Below, one piece after another: positions 39,507 to 52,100 of a stretch of DNA of 64,000 bases (positions are counted from its first letter, which is position 1; each line of letters starts with the position of its first letter). The DNA is from Lingula anatina (Eukaryota; Animalia; Brachiopoda), in the NCBI GenBank assembly GCA_051362555.1, contig CM120644.1:8068954-8132953 (forward strand), written 5' to 3'. A program made the position numbers and the translations under genes. The notes beneath the pieces are model-generated. The model was not told the DNA's origin. It made no database searches and saw only the letters and a program-made list of their open reading frames with translations.

Positions 39507-39678
39507 CAGGCCCGTAGCCAAGAGATTGGGGGGGGGGGGGGGGGGTATGGGTTTCGAAAGAATCCCCCTTTTTATCGGGAAAAGGTCCATTCTGGGTATA
39601 ATATTTGATATATGTTTTAAAAGGTCCACTTTTTTGGAAAAAGAACACCGCTTTTTGAAATTGCTGGCTACGGGACTG
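39507..39678 (+). mobile_element. MITE family B
   Basis: TIR CAGGCCCGTAGCCA…TGGCTACGGGACTG with 5-bp TSD TAGCA. Confidence 0.9.
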
Positions 39679-39853
39679 TAGCATGCTCTCTTACACTTCT
39701 ATTCCGTACCAAATCACTATGAACCTGCCTGCGCAGCTCCAAACCAATATCTTCAAAAATGTGTTTAAAGGACATACTTACAAGCAATTGAATGATTATT
39801 TGGTCTCGGTAATATAAAACTTTTGGGAATCACTCTTAAATCAGAAGTACTTT

Positions 39854-40187
39854 TAGACTTGTGAAGATTTTTTGTCTATAGCTACTTCTATTTGTCTGAT
39901 CTTGCCATCCAATATTTCATCTGCTTGCAGTCAGACTTAATCAGGGAATGAGGTTGTGACAGGTGTCCTCTTCGTGATCTACCCAACCTCTACCTCCCAC
40001 TCCTAAGGGAGGGGCAGGCAAGGGGGGAGGGTGATCTGACCAAATAGCACACCAGAGGGAGTGATGGGTTGTCACACCTGTCACAACCTCATTCCCTGAT
40101 GAAGTCTGACTGCAAGCAGATAAGTTATTGGATGGTAAGATCAGACAAATATAAGTAGCTATAGACAAAAGAATCTTCACAAGTCTA
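39854..40187. mobile_element. Foldback element with ~113-bp TIRs (TAG…CTA termini, Academ-like)
   Basis: Arms 39854-39966 and 40074-40187 are near-perfect reverse complements. Confidence 0.8.
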
Positions 40188-40739
40188 TTACAATAACATA
40201 GCTAATGAAACTGTTCTACAGCAGTACTTTTGAACTTAAAGATACCAATGTCAGGAACACCAAGAAATTTAACTAATTTTGTAATCGCGCCCAAGTTCCT
40301 TGAGTTATAAGCAAAGTTTATAAGCATAGAGAGAGAGGTAGATTAAATTAAGAAAAAAACTCACAATAGATGCAAGTATTGTTAATACATGTTATAGACG
40401 ATATACTCTGTATATGCCTATCCTTTACCAACTCATTTGCCAACTCGTATCGGATGTAGTTAGAATGCATTATAGTAATCCAGTGTAAAATAATAGCAAA
40501 TGAGTGGCTCTATAGTCGCTGTGACAGATTTACCAGTAGTAAATGCAGACATGCATTCAATTTCATGCAACAATGCCATAATAAGTGACTTCCAATCCAT
40601 AATCTGTAATGCAGGCGAGCTCTTACCGAAATACTGCCGGACAACTTTTAGACTTGAAAGAAGGAATGCCCCGTGTGAATTAAACATGCCTTTTGTGCTG
40701 CGGGAGCTACATGTAGCTCTTTCTTTGATGAAGAAAAAA

Positions 40740-41444
40740 CTAAAGTTGCTCGTCGTCTATATTTTCCTCCCACTCTTTATACCCATCGAAGGATTCCGAA
40801 TTAGTTGTAGAAGCACCTTGCAGTCCACTCTCTGTCAACCGTGTCGTAGGAAAGGGCGGATAAGGCGTCCCGTGTAAAGTTCTCGTCATAAACTCAATGT
40901 AATACATGGCCAGTTTCAGTGTTTGTATCCGTGATAGTTTTTTCTCGTGGGGGAGGGTGGGCACTGCTTCCTTTAGCTCTTCAAAGGCGGCGTTTAAATG
41001 GGTCATGCGCCGCCTCTCGCGCATGTTTGCGGCCACTCTTTGAATTTTGTTGATTTTTCTCTTTCGGCGTGTCGTTGGTGGCTTCAAATTCTGCCCCCCG
41101 AGTTGAAATTGCGGGCTAAAGTCCGTGTGCGTGATTGCAGAATTATACGGGATTTGCCCCGCTGTTGTTGGTACTTCTTCTGTAACGGCTGTGTTAGTTG
41201 AGACAGGCATTGTGTTGGTTGTGCCAGAGTCGAATCCCCATTGCAAAATGGCATTTGTAGTGGTATCGGGGTAGGTTATATTCATACTGTAACTGTTATG
41301 TTCTTGCCCAGAAAAAGTTTGGTTATTGTACTCATTTCCGTATAACTGGTTGCCCCAATTGCTGTAATGTCCCACTCCATACTGGTCCGTCGCGTAACTT
41401 CCAGGATAAGGATTGTAAATATTTTCACCATGGCCAAAAGACAT
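40740..41444 (-). CDS. Fer3/PTF-family bHLH transcription factor, copy 2 (intronless CDS, 234 aa)
   Basis: The ORF contains RRKRKINKIQRVAANMRERRRMTHLNAAFEELKEAVPTLPHEKKLSRIQTLKLAMYYIEFM. Confidence 0.92.
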   Translation of the reverse strand: MSFGHGENIYNPYPGSYATDQYGVGHYSNWGNQLYGNEYNNQTFSGQEHNSYSMNITYPDTTTNAILQWGFDSGTTNTMPVSTNTAVTEEVPTTAGQIPYNSAITHTDFSPQFQLGGQNLKPPTTRRKRKINKIQRVAANMRERRRMTHLNAAFEELKEAVPTLPHEKKLSRIQTLKLAMYYIEFMTRTLHGTPYPPFPTTRLTESGLQGASTTNSESFDGYKEWEENIDDEQL

Positions 41445-43762
41445 GCTTAAAATAGCACCGTTTCTTGGTTACGTTTTTTTTCTCCTCTTCTGACCCCTTT
41501 GAAGACGTCTTCTCACAAATTTCACCTTGCTTTACAGGTTGTTATTCTGGATTCTGCGGTTTTCAATTATTTGCCTCACAAAAGTATATCAGTGCATTTT
41601 TACAAGTATTTGAAAAATGCTGTTTCAGGCGTTTTGCTACGAGCGAATTCGGAAAGGCACACACCAAAGTCTATAAAAAGGCAAAGGCTAAACAGCGTGA
41701 ACAGCCCAGCAACATACGATGATGATTTGGACTGTTTAAATGCTAAATGAATCTTCCTCATTCTGACCTTAGATCCATTGTAAGCAAGGCGAACTTTTAC
41801 CAATATACTTCAGGGAAATATCAAAAAGAAATTTTACAATTATCAGAATTGCTTAATGTCGTTTCATCTGTCTTAATTGCTTCAAATTATACTTTGTAAA
41901 CACCACGCGCTGTCACACCCGAATCATTAACTTTCTAAAAAACGCAAAATATGCATGGTTTATTATTTTCCTTCTGATAAATTCGTCCGATGTAGTGACA
42001 CTGTACCGTTCAATTCCTCGGTTGACACCCGACCATTTTTGCAAAAATTTATGTTTTTTGAGATGTTAAGCTAAGCGATTAAAAGATATTTGCATTAAAA
42101 CAAAAGAGCGGTGGAAGATGCACGCCCCTTTCGTGCCAGGTGAGAAAGAGACGCGGTAACAGATGATGATGCCGTTAAGTGATTACTACCACTAATTAAA
42201 AACGACATTCCAGGTGATGCGTTCAAATCAAGTGGAACGCACTTCCTCAATAAACTTTCCAAGCGTTTGTCAGACGATCGATTCTTTAATAAAATTGATA
42301 GATAAACGTTCCCTTCCTTTTGTTTTCTGTCTGTCATACATCAGCTACCTATGGTATTTCTAAGTCAAAACAATACAGTGCACTCAATTATTGGCAAAAA
42401 TAACTGTTTAGACCTTTTTCTAAAAGGAATGATGATCATCATAGGAATGAAATCATCATAAGAACGCCATAAGAACATCGGATATTTATCATTTCGATCT
42501 CAGTTTTGCGAAAATCATAGAAATGCCTAAGAATCATGATGAATGATTAAGTAAACTTCATTCAAAAAAAAAAAATAATAATAATAATAATAAATAAATA
42601 AATGAATAAATAGAGAATCTACAGTAGGAAAGCATTATAAAATAATTTCCGCACAATGACTTGAAATGATCAGTATCTAAAAAAAATCCCCACCAGATTA
42701 TTCAATGTGTGTTTGGAATGAAGGTTTCGAGTTGTGAAATTAAAGATTTTTTTCAAACCCGTCTGCAAGAAAAATGTTTCTTCAATCGAATCGCCATGTC
42801 CATACATTAATACTATAGGGAATCACAACAGATATCTTGAAAATTCAAGTACATCAACGGGAAAGCTGTCATCGCCCAGGGCGCTTCATTTAAAGTAATT
42901 TCGAACACGTGCGGAATTTAATCATTTTTAATGTACAGACTTTTATGCTTCAGAGAAACACGGTTGTTAACAAGTGTGATCTAGGTCTCCACATGGCGGA
43001 GGAGGAAAGAGGTGGTACAAAATGATTGACAGGTAGAGCACGCGACGGAGGTGTGGCCACTGTAATGGAAAGTACAGTTACTTCCTGAGCGATACCCGAT
43101 TCGAAAGTTTTTTTCTAATTCAAACGCCTTTTCCATGGTTATTTTAAAAAGTCTAAATTTTTAAAATAAAAAAATTGGATAATATATTTGATCTATCGTC
43201 ATTTTAAGATCTCTTTTTATTTCGGCTGCAGTTGGATGTGGAGTGGAATGCAGTTGGTTTTATTGAACAAAAACTGGCTGGCATGGTCGTATTTCTAGAC
43301 TTAAGCAATATCACATTGCAAAAACCCGGTGCTAAGAAACTGAGTTTCCCCATAACGAAATCAGAATATGTCTGTACGCTCTTGCGGATCACCATTCATC
43401 AGAATATAGAAATATTGGTTTAGGGGGTCAGCGCCTTGTCCAGCAAAAGTCAAGGCGCATTACCGAAATGCCAAGACTGATCACCCGATCTTGTCCATTT
43501 TTAATCGTCACATTTATGACCGGAGGTTCACCATGTAGCAATTTTTTTAAGGTCTTTCTTTAACACCCCAACTCGCCTCCAGCTCCAAGCCCCACATAAT
43601 GACCGCTTAAAGTTGACCGTAAAGAAGCCGTTACCTGTCTGTCACCGGGACAGCTGCTCGTGGCCCGTGACATTTTAATGGGCCTAGCGCGTGCAACAAG
43701 TTAACGGGGTTGAACGATTAGGGCACCGAAGGTGACACGGCGTAATGAACCATGACACACGG

Positions 43763-43800
43763 TATATAAAGCGCAGTTGACTTGATTAAGGCTCAGAGAT
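43763..43800 (+). promoter_or_regulatory. Putative TATA box and initiator of bHLH copy 3
   Basis: TATATAAA at 43763-43770 with TCAG about 30 bp downstream. A donor CCG|GTAAGT at 43974 and acceptor TTCTTTACAG ending at 44830 define a 5'UTR intron ahead of ATG 44935. Confidence 0.6.
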
Positions 43801-44934
43801 AAGACGTAATTTTAGAAGATACAGAGCGTTTAATGAAATGAGTGCATCGCGTGGACACGAGGAGTGATCCGTGAGCCGGCGAAGCTCTACAAAGTATACC
43901 TGTTAGCACGGCGTATTCATCAGAAGTTAAACAGTTGTGCTTCCCGTCCAAGAAAACACGACGTTTATTACCGGTAAGTAAAATTAGTATGGGTAAATGG
44001 AACATTGATTATGACATTTCAAAAGTATACCAATACTGTGGTAGGAAAAAAAGACAGTAGAAAAACCAAGCTCGATAAACGATTTGCTTGGGATGACAAT
44101 GAAGAACATGCCAACACGAATAACGTAGAGTTGCGGATGTATTTATGGGGAACTGTAGAGGGTAAATGCGAAGGGGTGACTTCATTGATTCAAAACCTCT
44201 AAAGAAGAGTATTTATAAACCAAAATTAAACCACTTAGCTCACAATGGGAAAGATAGTGTGTAACTTAAATTTTAATGCTGGCATTTCTTTTTTGCCTGT
44301 CCTATAAAGATTGATCGGTAAAATGCACCTTGACTTTAAGCTTTTAGCAGTTTGTGGTGAACATGAAAATTTTTTGTGTGTTGAACCATAATAGCTGTGA
44401 TGATTTTTTTTATATTTGCATTGCTAGCAGATTTGACTGTATTTGTGAATTAATGCAAATTGCTGGCTATCATGTCTTGTTAAGAATGTACCTGTATTTA
44501 TTATAAATCATTCAATCCAACATTTCCTCTCAATGACAACTTATTACAAAGAAGATAATAAGTTATATCACAAAGTGACGTTTCCTCTGAATAATTAAAT
44601 ATATAAAACGTGCTGTATGGAGCGAACGCTGGCTGTTTCATAATATGCACTAATATTTTATATAAACAATCCTAAAACAATTTATATTCGATAAATACGA
44701 CACGTTTTACAGTAAGCAATGACTTTAGCAACTAAGCCTTATTGCCCAATAGCATTGTTGTATCTAAACTTGATTCAGTTTTAAAGGTATAAGCACATAT
44801 TTTTAAGACGGATAAATATTTTCTTTACAGATTTTTGTACACAAAAGTCAGCAAATACCAAACCGATCGCGATTTACAGGGTTAACACTGAGTTAACCAC
44901 TCTCCTAGTGTGACCACAGTGAGAACCAAACAGT

Positions 44935-45633
44935 ATGTTGTCTAATAACGACATTCGTCCTCAAGGTCAAGGCCATTTCAGTTTGGAAGATTTTGGCGCC
45001 AAAGACAGTTTAAGCGCTCTTCTTGATAGTTACGATTGCAGCGCCACGTATTGGTCAGATTTCAGCGACTCCGCGTGCGCTCAGACTCAGGCCTCTTTGC
45101 AAGAATTCGGACGCTTCGTGTACTCTCCAAGTAGCAACTCCCTGAGCCCCTGCTCGAGAGGCGACGGAGTTCATTCTCCCGAGAGATCGTTTCAGCTACT
45201 GGACTTTCAGTCATCAGAAGAACCACCTGCGTTATCTTCAAAGGTTGGCGAAGAGGCTTCTAACCTCCCCAGTGCAGACACGTATCCCACCCCGGGGGAG
45301 ATTTCGGGGGACGGATCGAAGAATTATGATAGTGTCGTGGAGTGGCTGAACCAACAATCTTGCGGAGGAAGTAGCAAGCGGAAGAGGCGCATTACTCGCC
45401 CGCAAAGACTTCAAGCCAACATGCGTGAAAGACGGCGAATGGTTCACCTTAACTCTGCCTTCGATCAGCTTCGCCTTCACGTGCCTAGCTTCCCCTACGA
45501 GAACAAAATGTCTCGAATACAGACCCTTAAATTGACTGTTGAGTATATCACATTTATGCAAGAAGTTCTCAGTACGCCAGACTATTTACTGAATGAACAG
45601 TTCGGGGACTGCATGATTGAACATCACGGGTGA
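44935..45633 (+). CDS. Fer3/PTF-family bHLH transcription factor, copy 3 (intronless CDS, 232 aa)
   Basis: The ORF contains KRKRRITRPQRLQANMRERRRMVHLNSAFDQLRLHVPSFPYENKMSRIQTLKLTVEYITFMQEVL. Confidence 0.92.
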   Translation: MLSNNDIRPQGQGHFSLEDFGAKDSLSALLDSYDCSATYWSDFSDSACAQTQASLQEFGRFVYSPSSNSLSPCSRGDGVHSPERSFQLLDFQSSEEPPALSSKVGEEASNLPSADTYPTPGEISGDGSKNYDSVVEWLNQQSCGGSSKRKRRITRPQRLQANMRERRRMVHLNSAFDQLRLHVPSFPYENKMSRIQTLKLTVEYITFMQEVLSTPDYLLNEQFGDCMIEHHG

Positions 45634-45751
45634 ATTTAAATGCCACGTGAATTTTTTTTTTAATTAATTCATTTAGAGTTTAATTTTTAATGCTAATCAA
45701 ATACACTGGTATAGTTTATTTACCAAGCTAACCTACGCAGGGGGAGTGCTG

Positions 45752-45754
<3 letters not shown>

Positions 45755-45794
<40 letters not shown>
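45755..45794. repeat. (TTA)n microsatellite
   Basis: Direct reading. Confidence 0.9.
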
Positions 45795-47311
45795 TCTACA
45801 TCCAGCCATAATTTTATCATATAATCACCAAAAGTGATTGGTATGTTTGTCTCAGAGGTGTATGTTGTAAATTATTGCTCTGGTTATTTCAACAGCTGGC
45901 AGATTAAAATGAAAAATAAGTAGAAGTAGTAGAAGTAGTAGTTATTGTTGCGGTAGGTCTGGCGTCAATTGAAGTTGCAGTAGCTGTACCAGAAGAAACT
46001 GTAACAATGATGGTTGTGGTAGCGATGGTTGTCGCAGCATTGCTGGATGTGATAGAAGATTCAACAGCTTTGTTAATTACACACCAGGCAGCAGTAAAGG
46101 TACAGTGTAGTAAGTATGAACACTTATTGTATCATTATCAGGTGGCGCGATAGATAATTCAGAAACGGTAGAAATGGAAATGGTGCTGTTTTTGCATGTT
46201 ATCGATGGCAGCAACAGCGGAAAAACTGGCCTCAAAGTCGACTTATGGTTGCAGAGGGAAAAGCACATTTCAAATCGTCACTGTGTTTAACTGATATAAA
46301 ATTATGTCAACATTTCGCCGTAATGTTGCTAACAGCTGTCTATATCTATCATATTCATGCTGGTAGATATTAATATTTTAAACGGCATTAAGAGCTTGGT
46401 ATATCATTAGATTGTTAATTATTTATTGTTTAATTTAGAAAATTATTAAGTATAAATGCTGGCAGATACTTCGTTTTGAATTCGCTAGGAAGAGTTTTTT
46501 TAAAGTAGAAATATCACCGAGGTTGTTTTGCTCTGTCAACTTAATATATGACTAGTCACATATTTGTTTCAGTCTAACCAAAATCATGTTATTGTAGTGT
46601 ACTGGTTTTTATTGTTGCATAGTTTTATCAGAATGTCTGTCTCGGTTTCAAATGTAACTTCATCGAGTGCCAAAATTAGTGTATTTATCGTTATATTTAA
46701 CCATATTTATTATAAACTATTCTTAAGAATTTAAACAAGACACAGCAATGTGTTTATACAGTATTATGCAGATGTTACCATGTCAGTATTAATCTGTATA
46801 CAAAGGTAGATTTAAGCGTAGATTTTAGTATTTATTTATTTATTCAAATTATTTGCATCTCTTAATACACGTAATCATTCAACTTTTATTTTTTCTTTTT
46901 ATGATATAAAGTGAGTTAATGCATTTCTTTGTTTTCCACTAGTATTACGTGGAGAAATCATGTCTCGACTCGGTACATAAGTCACAGACAAAATCGAAAT
47001 TAATAACCTTTGAAAGCCATGAATAGCTGAGTCTCTATTTAGTAGTCACAAGTGAGCCTTTGCAGCTAGATCACTAGATGTCTTTTTTTTTTACTGAAGA
47101 GCTTGCCCTCCAGCATTCTTTTGTTTTCTGGAGAGTAAGCTCTTCAGAAAAAAAAGGAGTCGACATCCAGACGTCTAACTGCAAAAGGCCTGTTGTATTT
47201 AAGGTGCAAGCCCAGCCGGTAGTGATGATTGCATAGATATGCCAAATTGTGTTTGCTGAGAACAAAATCCACAGCCAGGTTTTGTGCACTGGGAAGTAAT
47301 TGCACTAGGAC

Positions 47312-47344
<33 letters not shown>

Positions 47345-47512
47345 GAGAGATAGGCTGTCGAACTACTTGTACATATAATTTTTTCGGTAATTACTGAACC
47401 TGAACAATCAAATGGACACCCGCATTATGTTTTTCTATTGTTCGATCCACTTTAAATGCATTTTTTAATTTAGATCAGTTTCACCATTCACAACATAAAA
47501 CCGACAATTGAC

Positions 47513-47553
<41 letters not shown>
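47513..47553. repeat. (TAA)n microsatellite
   Basis: Direct reading. Confidence 0.9.
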
Positions 47554-47555
<2 letters not shown>

Positions 47556-48396
47556 CATTTCGGTTCATCAACAAATACAAATAGACAGTGCAATCATCAA
47601 ATTTTATATTGAATCTCACCGTATTAATACTGCTCAGGCCCAGAGGCACCAGAGGAAGTGGTCCCTTTTTGTGACCTCTGTTAATGTCTGCTGAGAGTAA
47701 CGGTTTCATTGCCTCGGGCAGAGTATAGATGTATTTTATGATGACTCCATTTCCGTTGTCTTTTGTTCTGTGAGTGTATTTATGTATGATATAAACTAAC
47801 ATGAATATAAGCTTCCTATATTATTATAGTAAAAAAATACATATAAATCAATAAAATTACAACTGTCAGCATAAGAATGATTGAAAGTGATTTTTGTACC
47901 AAATCACACGCACAGATCTTCAATACAAAACGTTGGTTTTCTGTACCCTCTTCCAGGGTCACTACATGTTCACAGATTTGTCTCTGGCTCGTTCATGACA
48001 CGATTCTCTACTGCTCTACTGTGAGCGCTGGAGAGAAGAGCACGTAATTAATCTGCGGCCATGATAGAGGGTAGGTTTTCAGGGTGTCATTTGCGAGCGA
48101 CTTGAATGAACAGCCATTTTCCTAACAGAAATGTGTCAATGAAAAAGATATTCTCTAGCACAAATCTTTCTAAAGATCAGTTTAGCCTTTCCGATTTCAA
48201 TAAAAAGATCGATGTTCTAATAAGCGACTTTATTTGGCATTCTAAACGCCTCGACGCGTTTTCATAATGAAGTACAATGTGGGGGTGTCAAATGTAGAAC
48301 TCACTGTATAGTTCTGTGGCAGTTAAAATGAAACATAGTGCACAGTTACGCTGCATAGTAGTTAGAAAGATAAATCACGCTACTGCGTACATGTTA

Positions 48397-48581
48397 AGCC
48401 TAGATTACATTTACACGGGCGCCGTGCGATGAAATTGTCCGTACGATTTTCTTTTAATCGCAAGGAGGTACTTGCTACGCCGCGCATGCTAACATTACAT
48501 GGCTTTCAATCCGTACGACTCCGCTCAGACGCTGTAAGTAAAGAGTATTACAAGCATCGCATTTCAAATGTCATCTAGGCT
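48397..48581. mobile_element. Harbinger-like MITE
   Basis: TIR AGCCTAGATTACATTT/AAATGTCATCTAGGCT with TTA on both sides. Confidence 0.7.
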
Positions 48582-49164
48582 TTACTTTATCTTACTATGT
48601 TATTATAGCACCTTTTTCATTCAGAATGCTGTGGGCCACATGAACTTGTGTTTAGAAAGTGTCCAAAGACACCCGACCAGTGCGCTATATCACCCTTTTT
48701 CTTGGCAACAATCGTCAAGTTCGGCACACTGTATTTCAACCATGGCATTTTTATCCAAGCAAGCGAGATAAGTTAAGCACATTGATATTACCGGTGCAAT
48801 CGTATTTTTTATTTGTTATTGTATAATGCTTTTATAATTTTTTCTTTCTTTGTGTGTGTGTGTGTTTGTGAGCATGTGCTCTTTTCTTCATATGTGCGCA
48901 CGATATGGTTATGTGGGTTGCAAGGAAAAAACGGTAATCTGCTGAATTTCTGAAATGTTGAAATGTGTGTGTGTGTGTGTATAGTTAATATAGCTCGATG
49001 GCCTGGGGGGAGACACTGCTATCACACACTACCGGTACAGTAGCGCCTACAGCGTGGCAGTTTTATCGTTCTAAAGAGTCGGGTGCCGCTCTCAATTTTT
49101 TACCTTTCTCTCTCACATATGGCGGTGAAATTACTGTGGCTGTGAAGGGAGTTCTTGGAATTTG

Positions 49165-52100
49165 ATGCAGCCAGTGTGCGGGATGTTTATCTGGGTTCTT
49201 ATTTCTTGTATAGCAACTGTATTGGCCTCGGATCCACAAGGTAAGGTTGTTGAATTTTTAAAATCATTACCTATGAAGAAAAAATTTACTGAAAAATCAA
49301 AAACTCGTTTCACGCTACCCCTGTTGTATGGAAGCGATACGCTCATAGAGGCGGTCGCCAATCGTTACGGAGAGCCATCGTTTGTTTTAGCTGTGAAGGG
49401 TTAAATTAATCTTTTAGAGCTTTTTTTTTACACAACATAAATCTTCATTGTTGTGTTTATGCAAAGGTTATCAATGGCCAATTAAGCGATCACCTATTAA
49501 ACGTCGTCTTCATAATTCATTTAGTTAACTCAGAATTTAGCCCGGTCAATTTCTTTTTGAATAAAAAAAATAGCAGGGAATGAACAAGTGTGTATTCCCT
49601 GCCATCTGTCAAATTTGAATATGTATCCAAATAAATTTTGTTTAGTATGATAGAAAAAAGACTTACCTGCCTGGTGTGCAAGAAAGGTGCATATTCATGT
49701 GTCATGAAAAAAAGTTAAGTCTGTTAAAATAGGTAATCTGGTAATGAAAAGCATTACAAACGCACCATTTTTTCCAATGAAATTCACACAGCATGGAACT
49801 ATTATTTTTCAACTTCAAATAGAATCCACTTCATCGGGTCAAAATGATATTATTGTGCACTTTTCAGTATGTCTGGAGAGGCGCAATTATGCAAAACAAG
49901 AGGGCGGGGTCCCAGTGATCGGGACCCACGGATCTTTGGAAGAATGCCAAGACTTCTGTCTCAGAGACGTCAACTGTGCAGCAGTGAGCTATCACAGGGT
50001 AACTCAAACATGTGAAAAGTACAACGCGCTTAGAAACGCAGAGGATGTGAAGAATGACACGTGTTGTTATCACTTCCGGAAAGTCCCCTGTCTGTCTCAA
50101 CAGGAAGGAAGTGATAGTAAAGTGACTTCCGGGGTAAACAATAGCGGAGATGTTACCGAAATGCGGACTGCTCCAAACGGAACAGCCTTTACGAAAAATC
50201 CCGACACGTCTAGATCAGATGAATATGAAAAAATGTTCGGACAAAATGAAACATCGGTCACAGAAATCCCTTTTACATCTCCTACAACTTTTTATTTGAA
50301 CACAATTAAACCCACCACGGATGTTTCAGTCGCTAAAATGACAACGACAGAAGAAACGGACGACATCGACAGAATGGAAACTGCTTCAAATATGATATCA
50401 AAACAGACGACACCTGCCATCCGTACTCCTCTGCATAGTGAGAGAGGCAAGAGCAAACCAAAGGACGCTGATGTATTTACTACGACAAAAGTAGTCCCAA
50501 CTGATACCACAGAAGATAGCGAACAAAGTACGTAGCACTGCCTTCAAAATATTATTTTAAGATGTTTTCAGAAAACACATTACTTAATTACTCAGAGATA
50601 AATATGCAAAATATAAAACAGCGGACTATTTTTTAATGTGAAAGATGCATGTACATGTAGGCCTAGGTGTAAGGCCAGGGATGGGAATGGCTTGTTTTTG
50701 GTTCTTTTTACTCGATAAACTAAAAAGGGCTTTATACAAAACCTTAGGGAGAGGCACGTGACTTAATTCTTTGCCCTGCCCTGGTTCTGCCTTGATTAAA
50801 GTACAAATTTAACCAGATCAAACCTATATTAGAAATAAGGCTATTGTGTTGCATAAAGTAATAAAATAAACTGTATGTGTTCATTTAAGTTGACTGCCTA
50901 CAGCAGTACTATGACGCCAAACAAAATGGCGGCTACCAGGTGAAAAGTCTGTCCAAGATGGAGTGTCAGGCCGTGTGCCTGCTGCAGGCCGACTGTAAGG
51001 CGATGGATTTCAACAGGGAGACCAAAGAGTGCATGCTCCACCTCTGGTCGTCTGAAACTAGTCACACGAGGGACAAGTGCTGTCAGCATTTCAAGAAGAC
51101 GAAGTGCAAACGTGGGTTCTTCTCAGCAATTCGTCCCTTTTATCATTTATTGTTTGAAGTAGAGCCCCTAATCTTAATGTATTTCAACCTATTTTTATTT
51201 CACTGCTGCAATATTATCATCTAATTACTAATTATTTCCTAAATGTCAAACGCACATTGATAAAATCTTATAAAATATGTATTAAATGTTCATTTTACAT
51301 ATATCAGTACATGATACTTTATAAAAGTGTTCTCTATATTAAAAAAAAAGAACAGTACCGGTAAGCATAAACGTGTTTCTATTTCACATAGGGTTAGTTT
51401 GTCTATCACTTAACTACACTTCTCCGATTTATTCTCTCTGTATTTTTATTCAGTGGATCTGCCAGAAGATATTCGTGAAAGATTTAAGAGCGAAAAGGGA
51501 GTATCAACGACACAGTTACCTAAAAGTAAGAGCTATTTTTCGGTGGCAGAAACGTAATACATCATTTATTTCACAAATTTTCTAACTGGGCAAAATTACA
51601 TGCATTTCCTAAAAACAAAAGGTATGTATTACAGGTCTTCAGATAAATAAAATGGTATTGCACCCTACTGCTTTGACAACATTTTCAAATTTTTTCTAGA
51701 GTTTCGTCTCTAGCAAAGTTCTAAATTGATCTAGTTAATATGTGAGCGTTTGTATGTTTTTTTTTCTGCTTGATTCTGTTACATGAGCGTCTGGCGTTAT
51801 GTCCAACATTAATTCAGCCAATTAATTCAATCTGCCCCATTTTATTTGCAGCATGTACAAGACGGGTACAAGCCATGCGAACTTACTTCGGCAGCTCCCA
51901 GTTAAACGGACTCAAGCAGATTGGAACGTTCACGGCTGCGCAATGCAAGGCGGAATGTATGAGAAAGAGCGCTTGCGCGGCAAGTGACTTTGACTCTTTT
52001 CAAAATGTGTGCTTTCTTCACAGTAGAACGGACCCATACATTCACACGACCAACCCATGCTGCACTCACTATAAGAAGGTTGAAGAATGCGAATGTACGT

